A model generated the notes under the pieces. That model searched no databases, was not told where the DNA came from, and saw only the letters and a program-made list of their open reading frames with translations. A stretch of 64,000 nt of DNA from Candidatus Woesearchaeota archaeon. GTDB taxonomy: Archaea; Nanobdellota; Nanobdellia; SCGC-AAA011-G17; JACPIM01. The stretch spans positions 128,001 through 192,000 of the forward strand of contig CAZELK010000001.1 in the NCBI GenBank assembly GCA_964513145.1. Reading direction: 5' to 3'. The translations under genes were made by a program, and so were the position numbers. How positions within the stretch are numbered: position 1 is the first letter of the stretch; each line of letters opens with the position of its first letter. This document shows positions 18,326-28,403 of the stretch, in pieces.

Positions 18326-19216
18326 TCAAGTATTAATAGAAAATTTTTCATTATTTAAAGAACCTTCTGATATTCCCAGACCAATATAATAGCTGTATTT
18401 GCTAAAATACTTGTCTAAAGAACTAAAAAAACCTTTTTTTGATGCGAATGTAACTATCTTTGCTTCTGTTATATTTGCCATCTTTTTAGTTAAGTCTATT
18501 GCTGTTTCTTTATTCCCCAAATGATCTATTAACCCGATTTCTTTTGCTTCCACACCCAGGAAAAATTCACCATTGCTATATTTGCTTAAATCTTTCTTTC
18601 TGTTCTTGCTTACTTCTTTGCTGAACATGTCATGAATAATATTTAATTTTTTAAGTAAAAGCTGCCTTTCTTCTTCTGTTAATGTTTTGTAAGGGCTTCC
18701 CAAGTCTTTGTATTTTCCAGTAACCAGTCTTTCATATTTAACCCCATATTTGTTCATTAATCCTTCAAATTCCAAATAAGATCCAATTACGCCTATGCTC
18801 CCAGTTATAGATAATGGGTCTGCTATAATTGCATCTGAAGAAGAAGCCACCCAATAAGCCCCGCTTGCCCCAATTCCTTTAATTAAAGAAACTATTGGTT
18901 TGTTGAAATTTTTTACAGCATCTGAAACTTCCTTGCTTCCAATAGCTGTCCCTCCTGGACTGTTTATTTCTAAAATTACTCCCTTGATTTTTTCATCTTC
19001 ATTTGCTAATTTAAGATAATTTATTACATCACCTGAATTTGTTACTTCATCATTCAAAAAATTATTCCCACCATTTGAAACAATTACTCCATTAATTGGA
19101 ATAAGCACAATCTTGTCATTAAAATCAACATTATTAAAATTATTAGCCAATAAATAACTAAAAATAAAAAATACGCTAAGCATAATTACGATTTTTAAAA
19201 TTTTATATCTCGCCAT
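18326..19216 (-). CDS. sppA: signal peptide peptidase SppA (S49)
   Basis: INSPGG, GASGAYWVASS, SITGSIGV, GKYKD. Confidence 0.93.
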   Translation of the reverse strand: MARYKILKIVIMLSVFFIFSYLLANNFNNVDFNDKIVLIPINGVIVSNGGNNFLNDEVTNSGDVINYLKLANEDEKIKGVILEINSPGGTAIGSKEVSDAVKNFNKPIVSLIKGIGASGAYWVASSSDAIIADPLSITGSIGVIGSYLEFEGLMNKYGVKYERLVTGKYKDLGSPYKTLTEEERQLLLKKLNIIHDMFSKEVSKNRKKDLSKYSNGEFFLGVEAKEIGLIDHLGNKETAIDLTKKMANITEAKIVTFASKKGFFSSLDKYFSKYSYYIGLGISEGSLNNEKFSINT

Positions 19217-19637
19217 CTACAACCTCTGTTCTGCTTATTTTTTCAAAATATCTTTGATAATCCTTGTTAAATAAAACTTTTAATGAATCAAAGAAAAGCA
19301 AAATTAATGAAGTTTTAGTCATATTCCTTACAAAACATTGCCATAATTTAAGTTCTTCTTTGTCCTTGCTTCTTATATAAATATTGAAAAAAGCCTTTCC
19401 AGCACTTTGTTTTAAAAAATAATCAAATACAGTCCAGTAAAGTAAAGTTAAAATTATTATAATCAAGCTAACTTTAATTATCCCTGTGTTATTTTCCAAA
19501 GAAAAATCTTTTAGATTATTGAAAAATTTATTAAACTGAAAAACAATTATAATATTTATCAGCATATAATCAATAAGAAAAGCCATAACTCTTTTCCATA
19601 ATTTTACAGGAGCAACTATTTTATTTAGTTTCATCAT
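19203..19637 (-). CDS. RDD family membrane protein
   Basis: WKRVMAFLIDY, QSAGK, CFVRN. Confidence 0.85.
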   Translation of the reverse strand: MMKLNKIVAPVKLWKRVMAFLIDYMLINIIIVFQFNKFFNNLKDFSLENNTGIIKVSLIIIILTLLYWTVFDYFLKQSAGKAFFNIYIRSKDKEELKLWQCFVRNMTKTSLILLFFDSLKVLFNKDYQRYFEKISRTEVVDGEI

Positions 19638-19735
19638 ATAAACTGAAAATAATACAGGTTATAAAACTTGCTTTCGAAAACTCTTCGGAATTATTAGCAC
19701 AAACAATATAAACAAAAAAACACAAAAGGTTTCTT

Positions 19736-20107
19736 ATGATATATATGTATATATTCTGGTTGTTGGTTGTTGCAGGCGCAGTATATTTTGTCTGTAGTAA
19801 TAGTCAGAAAAAAGAAAATAATATTTTTATGATCCTGATATTAGCCTCTGCCTTTTTATTTGTAGCAATAGTCTCAAAAGATCCAATTTTTTCAGCATTT
19901 GGCGTGCCTGTTGAGTTTGAATGGGTGGTTGGGATATTTATCACAAGTTTCACATCATGGAAACTTTATTTTGCACCGCTTAAAGAAAGAGTGGTGTCAA
20001 CAGAAAAAGAGATCATAACAATAAAGTCTAACTTAGAGTCAATAAAAAACAGCCTGGCAATGATTGATTCAGATATTGGTCTGTTAAAAGATCGTTTACT
20101 TAAGTAA
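19736..20107 (+). CDS. membrane protein with C-terminal coiled coil
   Basis: Three TM segments and a heptad-like tail. Confidence 0.6.
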   Translation: MIYMYIFWLLVVAGAVYFVCSNSQKKENNIFMILILASAFLFVAIVSKDPIFSAFGVPVEFEWVVGIFITSFTSWKLYFAPLKERVVSTEKEIITIKSNLESIKNSLAMIDSDIGLLKDRLLK

Positions 20108-20542
20108 TTCTAATATTTCTTTGCTATGTGCAGATGCATTAACATCGTGAAAAATTTTCATTATTTTCCCATTTTCATCAATTAAAAAAGTAGATCTTTT
20201 TATTTTCTTTCTAAGCCCTAAAAAAGATTTTAGAACACAATATTTTCTTGCTGCACTATAATCTTTGTCAGATAATAACATGAAAGGCAGATGAAATTTT
20301 TCTTTGAAAGAAACATGCGATATTTCGCTGTCTGCACTAACTCCAATAATTATTGCATTCTTATTTCTGATCTCTTTGTAGTCGTCTCTAAATCCACAAG
20401 CTTCTTTTGTGCATCCGGGAGTATCATCCCTTGGGTAAAAATAAAGAACTATTTTTTTCCCTGAAAATTCTGATAAACTATGAAAATTTCCATTAGTGCA
20501 TTTTAAGGCAAAATTCGGTGCATAGTATCCTTCTTTTAGCAT
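20096..20542 (-). CDS. bcp: peroxiredoxin (Bcp/PrxQ)
   Basis: YFYPRDDTPGCTKEACGFRD, RSTFLID. Confidence 0.94.
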   Translation of the reverse strand: MLKEGYYAPNFALKCTNGNFHSLSEFSGKKIVLYFYPRDDTPGCTKEACGFRDDYKEIRNKNAIIIGVSADSEISHVSFKEKFHLPFMLLSDKDYSAARKYCVLKSFLGLRKKIKRSTFLIDENGKIMKIFHDVNASAHSKEILELLK

Positions 20543-20590
20543 TCTAAAATTAACTCATAAATAGTTTTTAAATTTTTCCGTATTTTAAAG

Positions 20591-22312
20591 ATGCCCAAAA
20601 AGATTATAAAACAAGATTTTAATTTAGCTAAAATGTATCAAGCATTTATTGATGAAATAAGAGAGAATTTGCCAAAAATAAAAACTAAGAAAGAATTGGA
20701 CAAATTAAAATTATGGTTATCTAGAAAATATAAGCTGAATAAAAATCTAAGCAATATTGATTTATTGTCAAATATAAAAGACCCAAATTTTAAAATCCTG
20801 TTAACAAAACCAATAAGGACAATTTCAGGTGTCACCCCAATATCTATAATGTCAAAACCAGCAAATTGCCCTTCTCAGGCAAAATGCATTTACTGTCCTG
20901 GCGGCATTAATTCTGTATTTGGAAATACCCCAAAAAGTTACCCAGGAAACTCCCCTGGAATAATCAGGGCAATAAGAAATGATTACGATCCATATTTACA
21001 AGTATTCAATAGATTAGAGCATTATGTTTTATTAAATCAGGATATAACAAAAGTTGAATTTATTGTAATGGGTTCAACATTTTTATTTTTTGATAAAAAC
21101 TATAAAGAAGATTTTATTAAATTCTCATTAAAAGCATTAAATGATTTTTCTGATATGTTTGTAAAGGACAATAAAATAGATTTTGAGAAATTTACAAATT
21201 TCTACGAACTTCCTGCATCAATAAAAGATAATGAGAGGATAAAAAGAATAAAAGAAAAATTGCTAAAACTAAAATTAAATACAACTTTGGGAAATGAGCA
21301 GTTAAAAAATGAAACATCTTATTCAAGATGTGTTGCAATGTGCCTGGAGACAAGGCCAGATTATTGTTTTGAAGATCATATTTCAGAGATGCTTGATTAT
21401 GGCACAACAAGAGTTGAAATAGGTGTTCAAACGCTGTCAGATGAAATTCACAAGATAATAAAAAGAGGGCATACAAACCGGGATTCAATAAAAGCGACAC
21501 AATTGTTAAAAGATTCTTTCTTGAAAGTTACCTATCATAATATGCTAAATCTCCCTGGATCAACAATTGAAAATGACAAATATGAATTAAAAGAAATTTT
21601 TGAAAATCCGGATTATAAGCCAGACTCATTAAAAATTTATCCATGTTTGGTATTCAAAGGAACTGAATTATATGAGCAATGGAAACAAGGAAAACATAAA
21701 GAATTTACAATAGAAGAAATAATTGATATAATTGTAGAATCGAAAAAATACATTCCAAAATATTGCAGAATAATGAGAATTAACAGGGACATTCCGACTT
21801 TTATGTCTGAAGCAGGGGTTAGAAAAACAAATTTAAGACAGTATGTAGAACAAGAGTTAAGAAAAAGAGGGATAAACTGTAATTGTATTAGATGTAAAGA
21901 ACCAAAACTAAATAAAATTTCTTGGAAAGATGTTAAATTACAAAGATTAGATTATGAAGCTTCAAAAGGTCATGAAATATTTTTATCATACGAAGATATA
22001 AAACAAGATTTGTTATTAGGTTTTGCAAGATTAAGAATTCCTTATAAACCATTTAGAAAAGAAATAACAGACAAATCAGCAGGAATAAGGGAGCTTCATG
22101 TTTATGGTGAAGCAATTAAAATAGGAGATAAAGGAAATATTCAGCATAAAGGCTTAGGAATAAACTTAATGCAGGAAGCAGAAAAAATTGCCAGAGAAGA
22201 ATATAATATTAAAAAAATGTTAGTGATTTCTGGAATAGGTGTTAAAAATTATTATATAAATAAATTGGGTTATAAAAAAGATGGAATTTATGTAAGCAAA
22301 ATATTAAAGTAG
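20591..22312 (+). CDS. elp3: tRNA uridine(34) acetyltransferase Elp3 (radical SAM + KAT)
   Basis: RTISGVTPI, C...KCIYCPGG, ETRPD, VEIGVQT, RELHVYG, QHKGLG..L...AE, ISGIGVKNYY. Confidence 0.96.
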   Translation: MPKKIIKQDFNLAKMYQAFIDEIRENLPKIKTKKELDKLKLWLSRKYKLNKNLSNIDLLSNIKDPNFKILLTKPIRTISGVTPISIMSKPANCPSQAKCIYCPGGINSVFGNTPKSYPGNSPGIIRAIRNDYDPYLQVFNRLEHYVLLNQDITKVEFIVMGSTFLFFDKNYKEDFIKFSLKALNDFSDMFVKDNKIDFEKFTNFYELPASIKDNERIKRIKEKLLKLKLNTTLGNEQLKNETSYSRCVAMCLETRPDYCFEDHISEMLDYGTTRVEIGVQTLSDEIHKIIKRGHTNRDSIKATQLLKDSFLKVTYHNMLNLPGSTIENDKYELKEIFENPDYKPDSLKIYPCLVFKGTELYEQWKQGKHKEFTIEEIIDIIVESKKYIPKYCRIMRINRDIPTFMSEAGVRKTNLRQYVEQELRKRGINCNCIRCKEPKLNKISWKDVKLQRLDYEASKGHEIFLSYEDIKQDLLLGFARLRIPYKPFRKEITDKSAGIRELHVYGEAIKIGDKGNIQHKGLGINLMQEAEKIAREEYNIKKMLVISGIGVKNYYINKLGYKKDGIYVSKILK

Positions 22313-22313
22313 A

Positions 22314-23213
22314 TTATTTTTTTCTGTAAATTCTAAAACCATAAAATGCCGCAAGAAATAATATTACTATAGCTGCATTAAAATTTGAAAAAAAGGGGAA
22401 TGGAACACTTTTTTCATAGCATTTAACTTGATTACTTAAAGGCTTGACAAGACCGCAACCATTTGGAACTTCAGGGCAATCAATGCTTTTAAATCCGTTT
22501 ATGCATTCACCCATAGTGCACTTCCATCCAGCACAAGAAGAACTATATTCAGAGCATTGTGTTGAATCTTGTGCATCTTCATTTCCATTAGCACAGTCTA
22601 AGCTTTCATCAGAACAACCATCTCCATCATTGTCTTGGGCATCATTGCATGAATTAACATTTGAACCTGCAGGATCAATATCCAATAAATTTGACTCACC
22701 AGTCGGATTTATTCTAACCTTGAATTTAAAAGTTGAAATGTCTGGATCTGATCCTAATTGCGGAGTTATTTTAGCATAAGCTTTGTTATTACTAATTACT
22801 TTTGTTGCAAAAGATTGTTGAATTAAAACTTCTTGATCAGGAAGCAAAGTTCTTTTCCTTATTCCATAAATATCAAAATTAGCATCCTTGTTATTGCAGT
22901 TAGAAGTTTCAACATACATGTAAATAGACTGCCCTTCATTAACTCTTGTCACCCTATCATTTCCACCAGAATCTGTGCTCCAATAAACATTATTATTTCC
23001 TGATAAATCTTTTTTTATAGTACAACAGTCAGGATCTTCAATATAGCAAGTTTCATCTGGTGGAAAATAGTCATTAGGACATATTCCATCAGAAACACCG
23101 CAATCTCTATTTATGTTGCAAATACTTATCCCATCGTTTGTTTGTGAATAAGCTAAAGATAAATTAATTAAAATTAAAAAAAAGACTAAAATACCTACAA
23201 CCCTCTTTTTCAT
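22314..23213 (-). CDS. Cys-rich exported surface protein with C-terminal anchor
   Basis: Signal peptide, multiple Cys clusters, DNDGDG Ca-binding-like motif, PFPFF + TM + RKK tail. Confidence 0.65.
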   Translation of the reverse strand: MKKRVVGILVFFLILINLSLAYSQTNDGISICNINRDCGVSDGICPNDYFPPDETCYIEDPDCCTIKKDLSGNNNVYWSTDSGGNDRVTRVNEGQSIYMYVETSNCNNKDANFDIYGIRKRTLLPDQEVLIQQSFATKVISNNKAYAKITPQLGSDPDISTFKFKVRINPTGESNLLDIDPAGSNVNSCNDAQDNDGDGCSDESLDCANGNEDAQDSTQCSEYSSSCAGWKCTMGECINGFKSIDCPEVPNGCGLVKPLSNQVKCYEKSVPFPFFSNFNAAIVILFLAAFYGFRIYRKK

Positions 23214-23249
23214 AAGCTAATAAACTATCTTTTCAATATAAAAATATTT

Positions 23250-23666
23250 CTATTCTTCCAGTGTTTTAACATTGATTTGTATTTTGTTTCCTTCTATTAG
23301 CTTATATTCTATTCCTTCAAAAAAAGTATCCTTTTCTTCAGCATCTCCTGAGAATTTAGTAATTTGTTTTTCTAGTTTGCATATGCTAATTAAATTACCA
23401 TATTTGTCAGCCTTGGGAACATACCATATGCGGTCATTAATTTCCATTAAATGAATATCATATTTGCGTGAATTCTCATTTCCAATTCTTCTCTTGATAA
23501 CTTTAACCCCTTGTGTTGTATAGTCTGGGCTTTTATTAACCATTGCAATTACATCCTTGGCAAAATACCCGATCGCAATTCCAAGCAAAGCAGATGCTGC
23601 AATTTTTCCTGTTTTCTGCAGGCATTTTTCTAAAATATATTCTCCAACTTTAGTTTCATCTATCAT
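23250..23666 (-). CDS. hypothetical protein (one TM)
   Basis: 138-aa ORF overlapping the Lrp gene stop. Confidence 0.55.
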   Translation of the reverse strand: MIDETKVGEYILEKCLQKTGKIAASALLGIAIGYFAKDVIAMVNKSPDYTTQGVKVIKRRIGNENSRKYDIHLMEINDRIWYVPKADKYGNLISICKLEKQITKFSGDAEEKDTFFEGIEYKLIEGNKIQINVKTLEE

Positions 23667-24121
23667 TTTTCCTCCTGATTAATATTTAAGAAAGCCTCTC
23701 TTTTTATTTCCCCGACAATGTACAAAACATCATTTTTTATTAAATTAAATTCATTCTCTAAGCAATCAATAAATTCTTGTAGTTCCTGCATGTCTTTAAA
23801 AATTCCTTCAACAAAAAAATCATAGTTATTGCTTGTCTTGAAAATAGTATTCAGGCATTCCTTGTTAATTAGAAATTCTTTTAGTCTGTCTTTCTCTTCT
23901 TTATTGGTCTTTATCAATATGCAGACATCGAAATCATAGCCTAATTTGCTGAAATTAAGCAGGCAGCTGTGCTTTTTTATAATAAAATTATCCTCATAGC
24001 CCCTTATTTTATCAAAAATAGTGCTTATGGGTATTTTTGTTTTTTTAGAAATATTGGTTAATTTTTCTCTCCCATTATTTCTTAAATTTGATAAAATTAA
24101 AATTTCTTTTTTACTTACCAT
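23663..24121 (-). CDS. Lrp/AsnC family transcriptional regulator
   Basis: N-terminal HTH (LRNNGREKLTNISKKTKIPISTIFDKI) and RAM domain (NYDFFVEGIF). Confidence 0.88.
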   Translation of the reverse strand: MVSKKEILILSNLRNNGREKLTNISKKTKIPISTIFDKIRGYEDNFIIKKHSCLLNFSKLGYDFDVCILIKTNKEEKDRLKEFLINKECLNTIFKTSNNYDFFVEGIFKDMQELQEFIDCLENEFNLIKNDVLYIVGEIKREAFLNINQEEK

Positions 24122-24279
24122 AAATATGCCTCCATTTTAAATTCAATAAAAGTAGAAATCCAATATATATTTGCTCAATATATTATAATAATTGATTATA
24201 ATATTATAATTTTTGCAAAGAGTTTATATATTAAGGGAGTAGTATTTTTTAGTTAAGTTTTTTCGCTAAAAAGGTTAAA

Positions 24280-25176
24280 ATGAAAAGAAAAATAGCCAAA
24301 ATAGGTCCGTCAACACTAATGGTATCTTTGCCATCAAAATGGGCTAAAAAATTCAATTTAAAAAAAGGCGACGAATTAGAGGTCTCTGAAAACGAAGAAA
24401 GATTAATTGTCTCTACTCAAAAAGAAGTCTTCAAAAAAGAAATAGAAATGAATGTTTCTTCCTTGGATGTAATGTTATATAGGCTGATTGGTGCAGTATA
24501 TAAGTCAGGTTACGAACAAGTAAAAATTATTTTCAATGACTCAAAACAATTGGAAACAATTTACGATGTCTTGAGAAAAACATGCATAGGTTTTGAGATC
24601 ATTGAGCAGTCAAAAAATTTTGTAATCATAAAAGAAATATCAAAGCCAGAACATCTTGAATTTGAAAATGTTTTAAGAAGAAATTTTTTATTCTTATTGT
24701 CTGTTGCAAAGGATAGTCTTGAGGCAGTTAAAAAGCATGATTATCCGGAATTAAAGAATATTACATTAAGGGATTATAATATAAATAAATATTCTGATTT
24801 CTGTCGGAGAATTTTAAACAAAAGAAGTGTTTCTGAATTTAGCAAAAATGCGCCTCTTTACTGTATAATTGAGCAGACAGAAAAAATAGGGGATTTATAC
24901 AGGGATATTTGTCATTCTGTTTATGAAAATAAATTAATTTTGGATAAAAATATTCTAGAAATATACAGCAAAATTAATGATTTTATATTAAGTTTCTATG
25001 ATTTATTCTACAAATTTAATTTTGAAAACATAGAAGAATTTGGAAAAAAGAAAAATGAAACTTTAAATTTATTAAATAAAACTAAATCTGAAAATAAGGA
25101 AATACAATTTTTATTGAGTAATATATTCAAAACAACATTTGATTTAAATGGTGCATTAATGACTTATAAAATTTAA
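24280..25176 (+). CDS. AbrB-domain / PhoU-like phosphate uptake regulator
   Basis: MKRKIAKIGPSTLMVSLPSKWAKK AbrB N-terminus; EKIGD PhoU motif. Confidence 0.85.
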   Translation: MKRKIAKIGPSTLMVSLPSKWAKKFNLKKGDELEVSENEERLIVSTQKEVFKKEIEMNVSSLDVMLYRLIGAVYKSGYEQVKIIFNDSKQLETIYDVLRKTCIGFEIIEQSKNFVIIKEISKPEHLEFENVLRRNFLFLLSVAKDSLEAVKKHDYPELKNITLRDYNINKYSDFCRRILNKRSVSEFSKNAPLYCIIEQTEKIGDLYRDICHSVYENKLILDKNILEIYSKINDFILSFYDLFYKFNFENIEEFGKKKNETLNLLNKTKSENKEIQFLLSNIFKTTFDLNGALMTYKI

Positions 25177-26654
25177 TAAATTTTTCTTAGTTCATTCAAC
25201 ATTAGTTGATATTTCTTTGCCTCTTCTTCAGGTTTTGATGCGAACATAATTGCCCTGCTTACATTTGAAATTACATTATTTCTCCCAAAAAAATTAATAA
25301 TATATTTTGCATCTCCACCCTGAGCTCCAATTCCAGGCATTAGTATCAATTTCTCTCCAGCAATGTCTCTTACTCTTTTTACTTCATGTTCTGTAATATG
25401 ATTTGTTGGGCTTGGTGCACCTACAACAATCGCATCTGCGTCATATTCTGCAGCCTGAAAAGCAAAATATTCATATCCTTTTAAGCCGCGAATTGTAGAC
25501 TCTTTAATTGCCTTAAATTCTTTATTTGACATTAATACTAAAGCTATTACACCGATCCCCCTTGGGTGTGCTTGTTCTACAGCCTCTTTTGTATTGCCAG
25601 GAAAAGCAGCATATGTTACTGCATCAAAACCCTCTTCTTGTGCATGATAAAACCCAGAATCATTTGTTTCACCAATGTCAGTTAATTTGCTGTCATCAAT
25701 TGCAACCATATTTAATTCATGTATTTTAGTAACAATTTTTTTTATTTCTGGTCTTGATAAATCTTTTATATAATTCCTGTTTATTTTCACTGCTGCAGAA
25801 AAAGGTGCAACTTTCTCAACATAATCCAAACACCATTCAAGCTTGTCAGTTCCCCTTGGCAAAACAAAATCAGCTCTTTGACCATATTCAGCCGGGTCTA
25901 AGCCAGCACAAAGAATTGAGTTTTTCCTTTCAACAGCTTCAAGCCATTTTTTTCCAAAACTTTTTTTTTCGCCTTTCGGAAATCCATGTCTCTCCCCCCA
26001 ATTAAATGGATCAAGCCTCCACCCTTTTAAATTTTCCAATTGGTCTTTTTTTATATATTCATTTTTAATTGCTGTCTCAAGAAGTAAGTCATAAGTTACT
26101 AACGAATCTAATGTACATTCAGCATTTTTAAATTCCTGCTCTGTTTCTTTAAATCCATAATTAAAAATTGAAAAGACATTTTTTACTTTTCCAGAAGCAT
26201 TTCTTATTGCCCTTATTGCCTTTATTGTGCTTCCACCTGTTGAAACTAAATCCTCAATTAATAAAGCTGTTTTTCCTTCCAAGTCAGAACTAGAATCAAT
26301 TCCTTCTATTTGATTTCTCAAGCCATGGTCTTTTGGTTTGTCTCTTATATAGATAAGTGGTTTTTCTAAAAGATCAGCCAATGTTGTTGCATGGGGAATC
26401 CCGGCAGTTGCAATCCCGGCAACCACGTCAAATTTTATTTCTTTTTCTTTTATCAATGAATGAAAACCATGGGCAATTAATTTTCTGCTAGAATGGTCTA
26501 CTAAATGCATTCTGTTATCATTATAAATTGGCATAAAAAATCCAGAAGCCCATTGAAAAGGATGTAGAGTATCCAGCCTAATTGATTTTATGCTCAACGA
26601 TTTTTCTGCCAAGGCGACATCAAAATTAGTCATAAAGTTTTTATAAATTATCAA
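25173..26654 (-). CDS. pyrE-pyrF: bifunctional orotate phosphoribosyltransferase / OMP decarboxylase (PyrE-PyrF fusion)
   Basis: WASG..PIYND, LIEDLVSTGGS (PRPP loop), then LCAGLDP, DSKLTDIGET (DxKxxDIxxT), MPGIGAQGG, VSRAI. Confidence 0.9.
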   Translation of the reverse strand: MIIYKNFMTNFDVALAEKSLSIKSIRLDTLHPFQWASGFFMPIYNDNRMHLVDHSSRKLIAHGFHSLIKEKEIKFDVVAGIATAGIPHATTLADLLEKPLIYIRDKPKDHGLRNQIEGIDSSSDLEGKTALLIEDLVSTGGSTIKAIRAIRNASGKVKNVFSIFNYGFKETEQEFKNAECTLDSLVTYDLLLETAIKNEYIKKDQLENLKGWRLDPFNWGERHGFPKGEKKSFGKKWLEAVERKNSILCAGLDPAEYGQRADFVLPRGTDKLEWCLDYVEKVAPFSAAVKINRNYIKDLSRPEIKKIVTKIHELNMVAIDDSKLTDIGETNDSGFYHAQEEGFDAVTYAAFPGNTKEAVEQAHPRGIGVIALVLMSNKEFKAIKESTIRGLKGYEYFAFQAAEYDADAIVVGAPSPTNHITEHEVKRVRDIAGEKLILMPGIGAQGGDAKYIINFFGRNNVISNVSRAIMFASKPEEEAKKYQLMLNELRKIY

Positions 26655-26681
26655 TTTATATTAATTTATTTGCTAGAAAGG

Positions 26682-27215
26682 TTATTTCATCTTCAATTTT
26701 TCTTCTGCCATTAAAATCATCAAAGAAATAGCTGGGTTTGGAAATTCTGCATTTTTAGCCATTTTTAAAACTTCCATAAAAGGTTTTTTAATTAATTTAA
26801 AAAATTCATTTTCATCTTTTTTTCTTGGTTCATTTGGATAATATAGTTGTGTTGCAAGATAATAAAAAGTTGTTTGTCTTATTGTATTAGAACCGCCGCT
26901 TTCAAATAATAATTCTAAACTGCGTGCTTTGTAGCTAGTTTCTTCAAATAATTCTCTTTGAGCAGCTTCTTCCGCATTATTATCTAGATTATCTATTCCC
27001 CCGCCAGGAATTTTTAAGATATTTTTTTTATGAGCTGGGCTGTATTGTTCAAGAAGTATTGCTTCATTATTTATTATTGGTAAAATGAAAACCGAATTTA
27101 TTCTCTCTATAATTTCCCTTTCAACTATTTTTCCATTTGATAATCTAAATTTATCTAATCTTAACTTTACAACATGCCCATCATAAATTAGTCTTGAATC
27201 TAAATTTTCTTCCAT
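26682..27215 (-). CDS. NUDIX hydrolase (ADP-ribose pyrophosphatase-like)
   Basis: IPGGGID...EEAAQRELFEETSY Nudix box. Confidence 0.88.
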   Translation of the reverse strand: MEENLDSRLIYDGHVVKLRLDKFRLSNGKIVEREIIERINSVFILPIINNEAILLEQYSPAHKKNILKIPGGGIDNLDNNAEEAAQRELFEETSYKARSLELLFESGGSNTIRQTTFYYLATQLYYPNEPRKKDENEFFKLIKKPFMEVLKMAKNAEFPNPAISLMILMAEEKLKMK

Positions 27216-27223
27216 TTGTTTGA

Positions 27224-27304
27224 CGCCGGCACTAGGATTTGAACCTAGAAGTCCGAAGACCTAGTTTTCGAGACTAGTGTATTACCTGATTATACTATGC
27301 CGGC
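27224..27304 (-). tRNA. tRNA-Ser(CGA), intronless
   Basis: GCCGGCA/TGCCGGC acceptor, CTAGT-CTCGAAA-ACTAG anticodon arm, variable arm, GGTTCAAATCC. Confidence 0.95.
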
Positions 27305-27432
27305 TTAAAATTAGTTCTTGTTTTTTGTTTTATAAAATATTCTTTTTATCCTTTCTGTTGTATTTAGTGATTAAGACTTTATCTTAGTAAGATAGTAGAA
27401 CTTATATACTAAAGAGAGTATAACTATTCAAT

Positions 27433-27570
27433 ATGGGAAAAGTTAAACTAGCAGGCTATGTATGTGAACGTTGTGGGCATAAATGGGTCCCTCGAGAAAC
27501 AACTACTGGGGAGCCGAAAGTCTGCCCAAAATGTAAAAGTCCTTATTGGAATGTGCCTAGGAAAAAATAA
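27433..27570 (+). CDS. 45-aa zinc-finger protein (not in the ORF track)
   Basis: MGKVKLAGYVCERCGHKWVPRETTTGEPKVCPKCKSPYWNVPRKK, two CxxC pairs. Confidence 0.8.
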   Translation: MGKVKLAGYVCERCGHKWVPRETTTGEPKVCPKCKSPYWNVPRKK

Positions 27571-27575
27571 TCAAT

Positions 27576-28289
27576 ATGAAATTTTTCAAGAAATATTGGT
27601 GGAAAAGCAGCTACAAACTACCAGTTAGTTTTATTCTATTTTTTGTGCTGGCTTTCTTTCTTATTGGTGAGCAGTTAGTGGCTCTGCCAATCTATTTATT
27701 TGGACCAGGGCTGGATGGAAATGGTCCTGATAAACTTCACATATTAGACTTGGATCTAAGTGATGCTATCCATCGTCCTATTGCTTATATAGTGATTGGA
27801 ACAGTAATTTGGGTTCTTTTCAAAATATTTGCTTGGCCTATTGCTTGGGTTATTGGAGCATTTCTTTGGGCACTAGAGCAGTTATTTCTAACCCCCCTAG
27901 ATCAGCGCCCATCAATATTAAACATAATAGTTTTTACATTTACTTTTTGGATTGTTCTCACTTTAGTTCCATATTTCATTTATAGGGCTATAGATAATAA
28001 ATTGGGGGAGAAAGGCAAGCGTAATGCTATTTTAATTACAATTTTAATAAATATTTTGCTTCTGGGATTTTTCACCTATCAAATTTTTTATTTGCATAAT
28101 TCATACAATCAACAAGTGCTGCCAGCCAATACTTGCCCTGATAAGTTGGTTGAAATTGTGAGAGAAACTTCTGAAACCAGTATTACAGTCATTTATTGGA
28201 AAGGCAGGACTTATCAGTCAAGTGCTGAAATCTACAATTTTGTGGAAAAAAATTGCCCAGGTGTAATAGAAAGAATCGAGAGGCAGTAA
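27576..28289 (+). CDS. multi-pass membrane protein with small C-terminal Cys domain
   Basis: About five TM segments; C-terminal CPD...CPG. Confidence 0.6.
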   Translation: MKFFKKYWWKSSYKLPVSFILFFVLAFFLIGEQLVALPIYLFGPGLDGNGPDKLHILDLDLSDAIHRPIAYIVIGTVIWVLFKIFAWPIAWVIGAFLWALEQLFLTPLDQRPSILNIIVFTFTFWIVLTLVPYFIYRAIDNKLGEKGKRNAILITILINILLLGFFTYQIFYLHNSYNQQVLPANTCPDKLVEIVRETSETSITVIYWKGRTYQSSAEIYNFVEKNCPGVIERIERQ

Positions 28290-28403
28290 TTTTTGAAAGA
28301 TAAAATTTGATTTATAGCTAATTATTGCGACAGAAAGCTTTTTGTTAATTACTTAAGAAATAAGAAAAAAATAAAAAAATATCTGGATTATGACCAGGAA
28401 GAT

